Made by a program: the position numbers and the translations under genes. From Zygnema circumcarinatum SAG 698-1b (Eukaryota > Plantae > Zygnematophyceae): 64,000 nt of DNA. Below the pieces are notes generated by a model. That model was not told the DNA's origin. It searched no databases and saw only the letters and a list, made by a program, of their open reading frames with translations. How positions within the stretch are numbered: position 1 is the first letter of the stretch; each line of letters begins with the position of its first letter. The DNA is taken from the NCBI GenBank assembly GCA_037447605.1, contig CM074813.1, positions 1,488,001 through 1,552,000 on the forward strand, read 5' to 3'. This document shows, piece by piece, positions 13,040 through 23,937 of the stretch.

Positions 13040-15042
13040 ATCAGGCTTCAATGTGACGTATGGTACGATCTCCATCTTCTTAAGCCTCCCTCTTGAGGCG
13101 GGGTGACGCATGGATTCGAAGCCTGCGTGACATATCCATGGGACTTGTGCATGGAGTGCACTTGTCCATTCTGAACTTCGCTAGGACATCCTTGGCGTAC
13201 TTCTCTTGGCAAAGGAATAAACTACCATCTCGCCCCCTCTTGTTTGAATTCCCAACGAATGTGGGCTCTCTAAATGTCCACGTCATGCGGAAGGATTCTC
13301 CTTCATCAAATCCTTGAGACTTTGAATGCTTTGCATGGAGGAACTTACAATGATCAGATCGTCCATCAAATGCCACGTATGGCGACTCCTTCCGGTATCT
13401 TTCTTTGTAGGCGGAGTGGTCTGACTCAAACGGCTTGTATCCATTCCTCCGTAAAAGATCATCTATCTTCTGGTACCAAATCCGGGGTGCTTGCTTGAGG
13501 CCGTAAAGACTCTTTACCAGCCTGCATACGAGATGTTCTTGTCCTTCCACCACTGTGCCTTCCGGCTGCTCCATATAAATCTCCTCACTTAGATCTCCAT
13601 AGAGGAATGCAATCTTTATATCAAGTTGATGGACATGCATTCTCTCATTTCGCTGCGATCGAATATTAAGGTGATCTAAAGGGGGTGAACAACCAGCGGT
13701 GCAAAAGTCTCCGAATAATCAATGCCCTCTTTCTGTCTATACCCCTTTGCAACCAGCCTGGCCTTGTAGCGATCTACGCTCCCATCTGCCTTCCGCTTCA
13801 CCTTAAACACCCATTTGCAGCCTATAGCCTTCCTACCCTTAGGAAGCTCCTCCAATCTCCAGGTTCCATTTTCTTTCAAACTATTCAGCTCACTATCTAT
13901 TGCTGCCCTCCACTTTTCAGCATCCTCACCCTGCAAAGCTTCCGCATAACTCTGAGGTTCTGTAATATGAGCCATCATGCACGCAGCAATGCCAGCAAAG
14001 TCAGCTGAGTCACTAGGTGTTCTGACCTTCTTCGTCCTTTTTGCCTTCCAATATGGTGGTTGGTGGTAGTCTGCCAACCAACCAGGTTGCCTCCTTGGAC
14101 GATCACTCCTGTTCTCATAGTTTGGAGTGAATCCTTGCCTCTCTCCTGACTCCTTTGCTAGCTGCACCTGCAAGTCCGCTGATGGCTCCTCCTCCTCGGG
14201 TGCTTCCTCCTCAGCGGTCCCTCCTCAGTCTGAGAATCTGGCGGTTAGTGACATGCTCCATCGGTGGGCTATGCTGAATATCAGGCCGTGGTAATGCTGC
14301 TTCCTCAACCCTTCCTGAATCTTTTGGAACCCATGGAAACACAAGCCTTCTCGTGTTCACGTCCTTCTCTCCATCCAGCTTCTCTGAATACTTGTGGAAT
14401 TCTTGCACAATTATGTCACGACTCCTTTCCACCTTCTTTGTGACTGGGTTCCAGATCCGGTAAGTCTGGCTATCTTCATTGTAGCCAAGGAAGTATCCTT
14501 CCACAGATCGAGGACTGAACTTCTGCGCTTGCTTGTGCTTTGGAACGTGAATAAAGCACTTTGAGCCCCAAACTCGAAAGTGCTCAACAGTCGGCTTCTT
14601 GCCTGTCCACACTTCCTCCGGAACTTTATCCTTCAAGACAGATGTAGGGCACCTGTTCCGAATATACGCTGCCGCCGTGATCGCCTCAGCCCAAAACGAT
14701 AGCGGAAATGGCGACTCATTCAGCATAGTCCTTGCCATATCTCCTAGCGTCCTATTCATCCTCTCAGCAGCTCCGTTACTTTGAGGAGAGTAAGGGGCAG
14801 TGAACTCATGTTTCACTCCGAGGGACTTCAGGTAATCTCTAAACTGGTGAGAAGTGTACTCTCCACCATTGTCTGACCTTAGAGTTTTTAGTTTCATCCC
14901 TGTCTCCCTCTCAGCCTGCAGCTGCCACTCCTTGAAGGCCTGAAAAGCTTCCGATTTCTTGGTGAGCGTTTTCACCCATACTTTCCTTGAGCAATCATCA
15001 AGAAAGGTGATGAAATAGTTAGCTCCACCTTTGCTTGTAGGG
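13040..15042 (-). mobile_element. Copia integrase-RT fragment, relatively intact
   Basis: LKTLRSDNGGEY, FTAPYSPQSNGAAERMNRTL, YKARLVAKGY and HQLDIKIAFLYGDL. Ends at the N gap 15043-15052. Confidence 0.9.
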
Positions 15043-15052
15043 NNNNNNNNNN

Positions 15053-16073
15053 CCGTGATCTACGAAGAAAAGAGGCAAGAGCGCCTCTGCATCGGTGACG
15101 TCCTTCACACCCCTGAGCTGAAACAGAATTTTATGTCTGTTAGCCAAGTATGTAAGAAGGGGTATGAGGTCATGTTCAGGGAGAAGTCATGTGTAGCTAC
15201 TCACCTTGTGACGGGGAAGCAGCTGTTTAAGGGGTTTGAGAAAGGAGGGTTGTATTACCTTCACTATAGGAGAGAAGAAGACGAGGAAGTCATGGCCGTG
15301 GCTGAAGATGCAGTGAATCTCTGGCATCGTAGACTTGGTCACCTCAACCATAGGGGCTTGCAGCAACTGGCAGAAAAGGGGCTGGTCCGTGGGTTGGATG
15401 TTGACGTAGTTGAGAAGGAGCTCGGACTTTGCAAAGAGTGTGTGGAGGGGAAGGCGCGTAGGAGACCGTTTTCGAGGAGTGGAGAAGAGGCGTTCCATGC
15501 GAAGGAGAAGTTGGAGTTAATCCATACCGACCTCTGTGGCCCCGTGACACCGACAACAACAGGAGGAGCCCGTTATTTCATCACCTTCCTCGACGATTTT
15601 TCGAGGAAGATCTGGGTGAAGATTCTCAAGAACAAGTCTGAGGCATTCGGAGCCTTCAGAGATTGGCAGATTCAGATGGAGAGAGAGACTGGACACAAGT
15701 TGAAGACTCTTCGTTCAGATAACGGAGGCNNNNNNNNNNGAGGGCGAGTACATGGGGGCTTGCCATGCAGCGAAGGAGGGAGTGTGGTTTCAACATTTCT
15801 TCGAGGAGTGTAAGAGGCCGCAACTGCCCGTGGCTCTGTTCACGGATAATCAGTCGTCCATTGCCTTGGTGGAAAATCCAGTGTTCCACAAGAGGACCAA
15901 GCACATCAGAGTGCAGTATCACTATGTGCGAGAGTTGGTGGAGGAAGGGATGATCGTTGTGAAGTTTGTTGGAACAAAAGAGCAGGCTGCAGATATGTTG
16001 ACAAAAGGTGTTAGCAGAGAGACCATACTAGTGAATAGCAGGCTTATTGGGATGGGGCCCATGAGAGACTGAG
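15053..16073 (+). mobile_element. Copia GAG-pre-integrase/integrase start and RNase H end
   Basis: GGLYYLHY, LWHRRLGHLN, CKECVEGK, LELIHTDLCGP; after the gap, FTDNQSSIALVENPVFHKRTKHIRVQYHYVRE and QAADMLTKG. Confidence 0.9.
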
Positions 16074-16088
16074 TCCCAAGAGGGGGAT

Positions 16089-17063
16089 TGTTAGTGTTAG
16101 TGTATGATAGTTAAGCATTACATAGTACACACTAACTTGGTTGTGGTACTCAGTCATGGAAACTACCTAGTATGAGTCGCGATGACGTCAGCAACTTAAG
16201 TTCCCGAGATGCGCTTATGGCCAGCGCTTGGCGGTAGTGTGGATGAGCGGCCGCTGATTGTCCTTGGCGCTAACTTGAAGGCAATGGCCAATTTGATTGG
16301 TCGTAGCCTTGTGGCTGTAGTGGCGTGAATGCGGATCTTGTGAAGATGATTGGACCTGTGGTATGGGGCCCAGCGGAGGAGTGCTTGTCGGTGAAAGCCT
16401 TGGCGGCGAAGGAGATATGCGGCGATACGGCGCGGCGCCCGCGTGGGCCACTATGCCCGAGTGGGCGGATTGGTTGGCGTCTGTGAAGAGTCGGCGGAGA
16501 AAAATATTAAAAATTGCAACCGAGCGAAACCTTATGCAGGATAGGGGTGAGGAAATAGGTCGGTGTAAATTACCGTGGGTTCTGAACCACACCTGGTAGG
16601 TATTGTCCCCGAGTCGTAAGCTGCTTAGAATGCAAGGGCGATATGGCCGGTCGTGGCGTGACATGTGTGTCACGTCACAGCGCCATATAGTATATAGTGT
16701 GTGTTGTGTGTTTGGTAGGTAATCTAGTCTGTCTCTCATTCTGTGCCAGCTCGTGTTTCTAGGCTGCCTTGCTCGTGTTGAGAGGTAGTGAGTAAGAGAA
16801 GATAGGTTCAAAGGGTGGGAAGTGAACTTTCATGTGGGAAGACATTTATTAAGGAGTTTTAGAGCCGTGAGCTTTCTCCTACACTTCTCTCGATTGATTT
16901 CCGCTGTGGTTGTCTCTGGTGTTCATTCTTTAGTTATGGGCGAAGAGTGAATTGTGAGATAAATTTGTGAGAGTGCAAGAGTGGAAATGTATATCTTCAT
17001 CGGTGGGAACGAGTTCGTGGAGGCGTTTCGCGAGGTGGAGCGGGCAGCAGATAATCCTTGACA
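16089..17063 (+). repeat. 3' LTR of copia block
   Basis: First ~110 nt and the CATGTGTGTCACGTCAC...TGTGAGA block are near-identical to 6605-7472; preceded by a PPT. Confidence 0.9.
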
Positions 17064-17068
17064 TAAAC

Positions 17069-17984
17069 TAATGAAGGGTTGATTTGTCCTTGGGCCGCCC
17101 GCAGGCATAGAGCCAGGATTTGGGAGATTCAGAGGTACGCGCAGCCAAGACGTAGGGATCCCTGAAGATGTTCCCACCGCGTCTGCACCTCACCTCTAAA
17201 GAGCCCTTCCTTGGGGGCTCTCTTCCCCTGTCCTCTCCTCGGCTTTTCTCTTAGCTAGGATTCTAGTTATCATCGGTCATTGGGATGAGTGTAAGGTTGA
17301 ATAGAACAAGATGGTAGCTTGGCATAATGACCGCAAAGGGAAAACAGGGACTCCATTTAGATAAAGGTTGTATTTTGGAAAGTCACCCCAGCCAGCGGTT
17401 GGCTGGGGATAGTCATTACAATGAAAGGATCTTCTCACTGAAATCTTTGTCTAGCTGGGCTGAATGGGACGTCTAAATGCTATCAGCAAGAAGACTCTTT
17501 CTCTCTCTCTCTCTCTATCTATGGCATGGAACTCTCTCTCTCTCTCACACTTAGCATCTATTGCTGGAACTGAAGAGGAAGAAGAGAAGAACAAGACAAC
17601 AAACCATACAGCAAATACAAATACTAAGCCCAGCACTAAAAGACAAACAAGCATCACTGACATCCCATCTACTTAACACTGACAATAGATCTTGAGCCTT
17701 AGCAGTGACAGGCCCTGATTGGCCAACTGCCCACTGAGAGGCCTGACTGACTACGTGGAGCCTTCGGATAGGTCAACGAATGATAATCGGCGGCCGTAGG
17801 CGGTGTTCCCGAGTGCGCCTTGCTGGATAGTGTGCCGTTCCGTGGGCCGCCAACGCATGGCGCCGCCTTCTCTCATTCTCCGTTGGCAGCTCCTGGATTC
17901 CGCTGATCCGTGACACGGAAGAGGCATATGTCAAGTACAATTGAACTGACGCAGATCCGTCGAACACAGCTCCGTTACGCTACA
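17069..17984 (-). repeat. Main part of the gypsy 5' LTR (remainder at 6529-6604)
   Basis: Minus strand begins TGTAGCGTAACGG; colinear with the solo LTR 24293-25301, including the (CT)n tracts and the CCCCAGCCA-TGGCTGGGG hairpin. Confidence 0.9.
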
Positions 17985-18216
17985 CCCCCGATATTTTCGC
18001 CTCTAATTTCGCTACCCAATATTTTCGCCCCTAATTTTGCTACCCAATATTTCCGCCCTGATTTTGCTGAAACCACTTTTTTGTACGGTATGTTCGCCAT
18101 GCTAGCCGTACTATTCGCACTATCCGTACTAGCTTTACTAGCCGTTAGCAAAACTCACCGACTCTTCCCGCACGTGCCGCCGTACGAGGCGCTCGCCCCT
18201 CTCCTTCTTAGCTTCG
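17985..18216. mobile_element. Fragment of the pogo-like MITE family seen at 23-25.7 kb; insertion host of the gypsy element
   Basis: Shares ATATTTTCGCC, GAAACCACTTTTTTGTACGGTA, GCAAAACTCACC and CCCGCACGTGCCGCCGTA.GAGGCGCTCGC with the 23938-24180 copy. Confidence 0.8.
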
Positions 18217-18428
18217 TAGGTGGAGACCTCCAGGGCTTCTACTGTCTGGTTGAAAGTGGCTGAAGTTATAGGCCTGAGGCTCTAGTCTTAAGATCAGAAA
18301 GTCAAGGCACGGCTGGAGTAGGAAAACTGCGTTTGGAGGCATAGCTATTTTGCTGCAAAGTGATTATTGAGGAGGAGAAAGAGGAAGAAAGAAGAAAAGA
18401 AGAAAGAAAGCGACCTTATTCTCCACCG

Positions 18429-21400
18429 ATGGCCACTCGGCCTCAAAGGGAGCGCAAGCCACCTGAGCGCTTTGCTGTTGAAGATTTTCGCGATAAAGTG
18501 GCTGACTTTGAGATTAAACAGGTCTCGAAACTTTCTTTCTTTCATTTTTTTTTTTTTTTGTTTCGAAACTTTGGCTGAGGATACACTTTACCGGAATTCT
18601 GTGTTAACGGGCGTGTTTAGCCTCTGCTAGAAATTTTTATTGTAAACTTTGGCTCCTTCGCTGATTACTCTCTCCGGGATTGAGTCGGGTCTTGCAGGGA
18701 AGGGGAACGGCACTGAAAGATATTCCAAACAGTAGGGCATCGCCAGCACCAGAAAGGCCTTGTTTCAGGCCTTGTTTCTTGCAGTAGCCTTTTAGGGTTA
18801 TCACAGAGTATTTCTGGCTTTTGTTGTAGATGACGTAAGAGACCTTTTAGGTTAGCTATGGTGCTGCTTATTCTTGTAAACTAAATGGAGGGGGAGTTCT
18901 GCACTTCTGTTTGTACAGACAGGAAAATGATCATTGCAGTGGGCTGCTTCTTTTGCAGTTGCGGCTAAGATGGCTAAAAAGGCGAGAAATGATGAACTAA
19001 TCTCAATGTTCCATTCCCTTCTGTACAGCAAACGCGCCAAGGTGAGCTGCTTTAGTGCCTTATGCTTGTCGGAACCGTTAGACTATGCAATTTCACTGCA
19101 CTTCCACGGATTTGCATTGGTCTTGGTTGAGAAATTTGTTCCTGGTATCTGTCGGCTGCAGGTTCACGTGGTGAAAAGGAACATTTTGGAGTTCTCTGGA
19201 TACCCCTGGAAAGAGAACGATGTGAGCTGTTCCTCTTTTCATTCATTTCTGGACTGGAGTTAACAATCTTTCCTGGCTTAGCTAATGTCAATGTTAGTGT
19301 TCGATTATGAGGTCTCTGACAGTGCTGCTTGCGACCTGCTTGCATTATAAATGAAATAGCCTTAAGTGTTTACAGTTTGAGTGCTATGTGCTGCACAGGC
19401 AAAGGAAAAAGCGAAACTGAAGGAAAAACTCGAACGTTATACGAAGGAAGGAATCCAGCAGCTCCTAGAGTTCCTTGATCTTCCCAAGGCTGGCAAAAAG
19501 GTGGGGTTGTATAAATTGTTCAATGTGTTCTGATGAAAGTGCTTCTGTAGTATTGCACAGTGCACTTGCAAGCTGATTGTAAGCTCAATTTGCTGATGCT
19601 TTTCTCTGCTTGTTCGGTGTTTGCAGGAGGAGCAGATTGAGCGTGTGTCTTCTTTCTTGCTGAAGCCGGGGCCCCCGTCAACAACTCCCAAGCGGAAGCG
19701 CGACGATGAAGAAGTAGAAGAGTCCCTTCCGACCAAGAGGTGGAGGCCATCAGAAGAGCCTACGGAGATGGAGGTGGAACCTCTACCAAAGTTGGTAGAT
19801 GCAGAAAAGGTACAACTGAACAGAAACCCTGGAGGGAGGCAGGGAGGGAGGCAGGGAGGGAGGGAGGGAGGGAGGCAGGACGCTATTACGCTGACGCTAT
19901 TATTGTTGTTGTTGTCCCTTTACTTCTGCAGGAAAATCTCTGGAAGGAGGTTCATTTTGTTGGCACTGAGGTAAGGATTTCTTTTTCACTTTTATTGTTT
20001 CCTTTTTGCTTTTGCAATAGTCTGGCTATTAATTACCACTTTTTTTCTTTGTTCTTCTTTTTTACAGTGGGCTGAATACGATAAAATTCTTAAAGAAAAC
20101 TGGGATTTTTCTTCCCTTGAGGTAAATATTCGACGCTCTACTTTAGTTGAATACATTGGTTTGCTCGCCTTATCCAGTTTTTAGTTATTCATTGTACTAA
20201 CCAAGATGCTTCAAAAACTTTTGCAGGAAGCATTCAAACCTGGCGCAGTTCTCCACGGGAGAACCTGTTGGATATTTGGGTCAAGCGAAGGTGAGTTTAA
20301 TTTACAGTTGAAGGATCTACTTTAAGTTGTAACAAATTGCCATGCTCTGTTTTTGTTTGCCTGCCTCCCTCCCTCCCTCCCTCCCTCCCTCCCNNNNNNN
20401 NNNCCTCCCTCCCCTCCCTCCAAAAGTCAATGGTTTTGTTTGTCCGCACTGAAAAGTCAGCATTGAAATTTCTGGATTTGTTAAATGCAGGCCAATTCAA
20501 CTTAGAGTTGTTGAAACCTTTTTCGATCCCGGTGATATTTGCTGTAAGTTGTTGGCCTTTATCTTGCTAAACCTCATCCCTTAGCCCTTAGACCTTTGAT
20601 TCCTTTGTTCTCAAATGCAATCGTAAATGCGGTAGAGGTCATGGACTAATCTGATAAAGACTTGTGTTATGGATGGCAGGTGGTTTCGCCACTGGCCCCG
20701 TCTTACAAGTTCGGGGTGACGTCCGTCACGAGGGGGGAAGAAATTATAAATATGGAAGAAATGCACTTCGGCTGGATACCCTCCAGGTAATAATACTTGC
20801 TAAACTACTACTTGCTTATTTACTTGTTGAATTTACGTGTTCAGTTGTATGTTTATGTGATTGAACACTGCTGGGTATTTCAATTCTATTTTTTTTTTTC
20901 CTTTCTTTGTTTGGCTTACTGTGCAGGAGAAAAGCTGTACAAGGTTCTGAAGCTAAAATTCATGTTTTGAACTGGGAAGGACAGAGGTAAATACGGAAAC
21001 TGTTGTTGCATTTGTCTTGTTGTTTTTCCGTTTTTTTCCAGATTCACGCCTAAATCATGTATTGTCGAGTGAGTTGCTAACACGTACTTCCAAGTGCATT
21101 ATGCAGGGAAAGTTTGAGAAGGATGAAAGAGGAGGATCTTAAAAAGTTTGAATATCTGGTTCCATGTGAGTGTTATTCCTTCCTATTCAACTGTCTTGCA
21201 GGTTCTTGTGCGCTTTCCTGTCTTGATTCTTGAAATCAGCCGCATGTGCGCAGATATTCCTGTTCATTTGGTTGCTGCCAGGTTGGATACTAAACTATTG
21301 GGTGTTCCTTCACAGATGTTTTCAACCCAAATAAAGAAGGGAATCTCCTAATAGCAGACACTGTACTCCAGATTCTGTTTGAATATGGCGAGGGAAAGGC

Positions 21401-22791
21401 ACCGGTGCGTCCTTTGCACTCGATCCGAGGCTCGACATAGAAAACACAATAAGCTTTCATAATGAAGGGATCAAGTGGGGTGAACGTTGAGTCCACCATG
21501 ACTATTAGCCCTATCCTTGCAGGCCAATTGAAATTCAGACAAGGGATGGCTTAAGGGGAGTGTCTTATATCTGATTATATGATTTGGGGTGTGGAGAGCT
21601 GGGTGGGCAGATTGTCACACAGTATGACTGGAAATTTGACGAGAAGGATGTACGTGGCCTTCACTTCGTGACGCCTTGATCTCCAAACGAAAATGCTGCT
21701 TTCAATGTGATCCTAAGTCAACTGTTTATGGTTCGGGCGGTTTCATTCTACTTGCAGGATATTTTGGCCAAGATTTCTGATGAATTTGAACTGCCCGACT
21801 CAGAACGTGACAATTTTTGGGTAAGTCACCAACCTGTGATAGGATTGGCAGTGGAGACGGAAGGCAGGAACTATCGATCAGCCGTTGTCGAGGGAGCAAC
21901 TGACACTCCTCACTGTCATTGTTTCTGGTTTATGTGTTTTAGAATCTTTGGGCACATTTAATTTCCTGATTGGATGTGTGATATTGGCATTGCTTTGAAT
22001 TTATGGGTCAGGCGCACTGCAAAGCGGAAGCGAAAGCGGCAAAGGCCAGGATCAGGGAGGTGAGTTGAGACATAAAACTGTTGTAGGGTTTTTAGGGGCT
22101 TTAGGGGTTTTAGGGTTTTTTTGTCTACTTTTGGAGTTGCTAGAGTCATCAATTAGATGTTTGCATGCTTTTTGGCTCTAAGGAAATCTTGAATAACAAC
22201 CTTTGCGCATTCATTTCGCCAGTCGCCAGTCTTTTTATCAGACGCTTGACCTCTGTTCGCGTTATGTAAGAAGTTGCAGTTCAACTGGAAAGGCTTAGAA
22301 ATGCCAAAAAGTAGAGGATCAAAGTTTATATGAATGTTAATATGAATGTTTGCTTTTTACTAACAAGGAATGTGAGTTTGTTGCATCATGGCAGGAAAAA
22401 GCAAAAATAAAGGAAAAACTTGATTCGATGTCGGAAGCAGAGCGCGAGTCTCTGAAAGTGATGAAAGTTTACAAGATTTATCCAAAGGAAACCCCAGAAG
22501 CGCCAGTAATAGAGAGGGTAAGAGCGTGTTGACTTTCATCCTGATGCCTTGGTAGGAGAGTGATTAACTTGCATTTTGTTTCTTTACTTTAGGTCGCCTA
22601 AGAGGGAAAGTAGCACAATTTGAACGGCGATGTCTTGCCGCCAACCTTAATCTTAACATTTTTTGTTTTTTGTTTTGTTTTTTTGTTTTATGTTGCAGAC
22701 GACATTTGTGAACAGATATTTTGATAGTGCACATGAAGTCTTTCCTGCCGTGCCACCTGCACGTCCATTTTCTTGGGGCATCGGTAAATGA
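18429..22791 (+). CDS. 19-exon chromatin protein: DEK-like N-terminal region fused to a HEAT INTOLERANT 4-like domain
   Basis: Exons read with GT-AG in one frame. DEK-like: MATRPQRERKPPERF, GRGTALKDIPNI, VKRNILEFSGYPW, EKAKLKEKLERYTKEGIQQLLEFLDLP. Linker PKRKR. HIT4-like: ENLWKEVHFVGTEWAEYD, NWDFSSLEEAF, FGSSE, KFGVTSV, MKEEDLKKFEYLVPY, YDWKFDE, MKVYKIYPKETP, FVNRYFDSAHEVF. TGA at 22789-22791. An upstream exon cannot be excluded. Confidence 0.85.
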
Positions 22792-23376
22792 TAGGTTAAA
22801 CGTGAACTCCAGCAAAGACAACAACACAACTTGTACAAAAGTAGTGCACATTTTTTGTTAGGCGTAGGTTTCCGCTCTTAGCTTCGTTCTATTGTGCTTA
22901 GGTCCTTTGCGACCAGTCCCTAGTGGTCCCACATCATGCTTTTGTCCATGTACATTTGATGGCCTCGCCATCGCGAGTTCAATGAAATTCCCCCGTGTCA
23001 CCTATACAGTGTATAATACCGTGTACGGTACAGTAGACCCCCCTAATATTTTCGCCATGGTTTCGGCAAATATGGGGCGAAAATCTTGGAATTTGCAAAT
23101 ATAAGGTTCGTGTTACCAATAGGCGGGCGGTATTATGTTAGAGACTTAACAGTTCATCCTCGTTTGTACGTATCGTACCGTACCATATGGTACCGTAACG
23201 TATCATGCCGTATCGTATCGTATCGTATTATATCGTATCGAAACCAAGAAGATGGGGGAGAGGAGCGAGCGCCTCTTACGGCGGCCCGTGCGGGAAGATT
23301 CGGTGAGTTTTGCTTAAGCCCGTAACGGCTAGTACAGCAAGTACGAATAGTACGAATAGTACGGCTAGTACGAGTA

Positions 23377-23935
23377 CAGTAGGGGGTCCTCATATTTTCC
23401 ACCCTGGTTACGGGCAAAATGAGGCGAAAATATTAAATTTGCATATATAAGGTTCGTGTTACGAATAGACGGGCGGTATTATGTTAGAGTTCATGTTGAA
23501 CCGTACGTATCGTACCGTACCATATCGTACCGTATCGTACTGTATCATTTAGCATCGTATCGTATCGTGACATATCGTGACGCATAGACGTAGTTTTCCG
23601 CTTTCTGTTGTTCGTCTCAGCTCGTACATCTCGTACGGACAATACCATATCGGGGCGTTTCGTATCGTATCGCCTAGTATCGTAAAGTATCGTACCGATC
23701 GTTCCGTATCGTATCGTATCGAAGCCAGGAAGAAGGGGAGAAGAGCGAGCGCCTCTTACGGCGGCACGAGCGGGGAGATTAGGTGAGTTTTGCGGAAGCC
23801 CGTAACGGCTAGTACGAACAGTACGAATAGTACGGCTAACACAAGTTACCGTACAAAAAGGTGGTTTCGGCAAAATCGGGGCGAAAATATTGAGGACGCA
23901 CTCCTTGGGGTGGTAAATACGAGGACCCCCCACTG
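23377..23935. mobile_element. Pogo/Tc1-mariner-like MITE B
   Basis: Left TIR CAGTAGGGGGTCCTCATATTTTCCACCC; right TIR (rc) CAGTGGGGGGTCCTCGTATTTACCACCC; TA on both sides; internal (GTATC)n tracts; no ORF. Confidence 0.85.
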
Positions 23936-23937
23936 TA

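Larger units (their letters stand above)
6605..17063 (+). mobile_element. Ty1/copia LTR-to-LTR block with internal nested or mis-ordered copia segments
   Basis: 5' LTR 6605-7472 plus PBS; PPT AAGAGGGGGAT plus 3' LTR 16089-17063; flanks GAAAC (6600-6604) and TAAAC (17064-17068); the host gypsy LTR rejoins as in the solo copy (GCTGAAACTGATGAAGGGTT). Four N gaps inside. Confidence 0.85.
4197..17984 (-). mobile_element. Ty3/gypsy LTR retrotransposon (5' LTR, PBS, gag start, RT/RNase H, integrase), interrupted by a copia block; 3' part cut by copia 1
   Basis: RT-RH-INT domain order on minus strand; LTR matches the solo LTR at 24293-25301; tRNA-iMet PBS at 6517-6528; LTR sequence split by the 6605-17063 insertion. 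Confidence 0.9.

Noticed and set aside
7580-15042. Real inversion or third-level nesting inside the copia block
   Set aside because: Orientation switches coincide with N gaps at 7570 and 15043, and integrase segments overlap redundantly, so scaffolding of different copies cannot be excluded.
6989-16811. Twin ORFs MNLSSLTHYL... (6989-7210 and 16215-16811) as a novel gene family
   Set aside because: Antisense frames inside the paired copia LTRs; their identity just reflects LTR identity.
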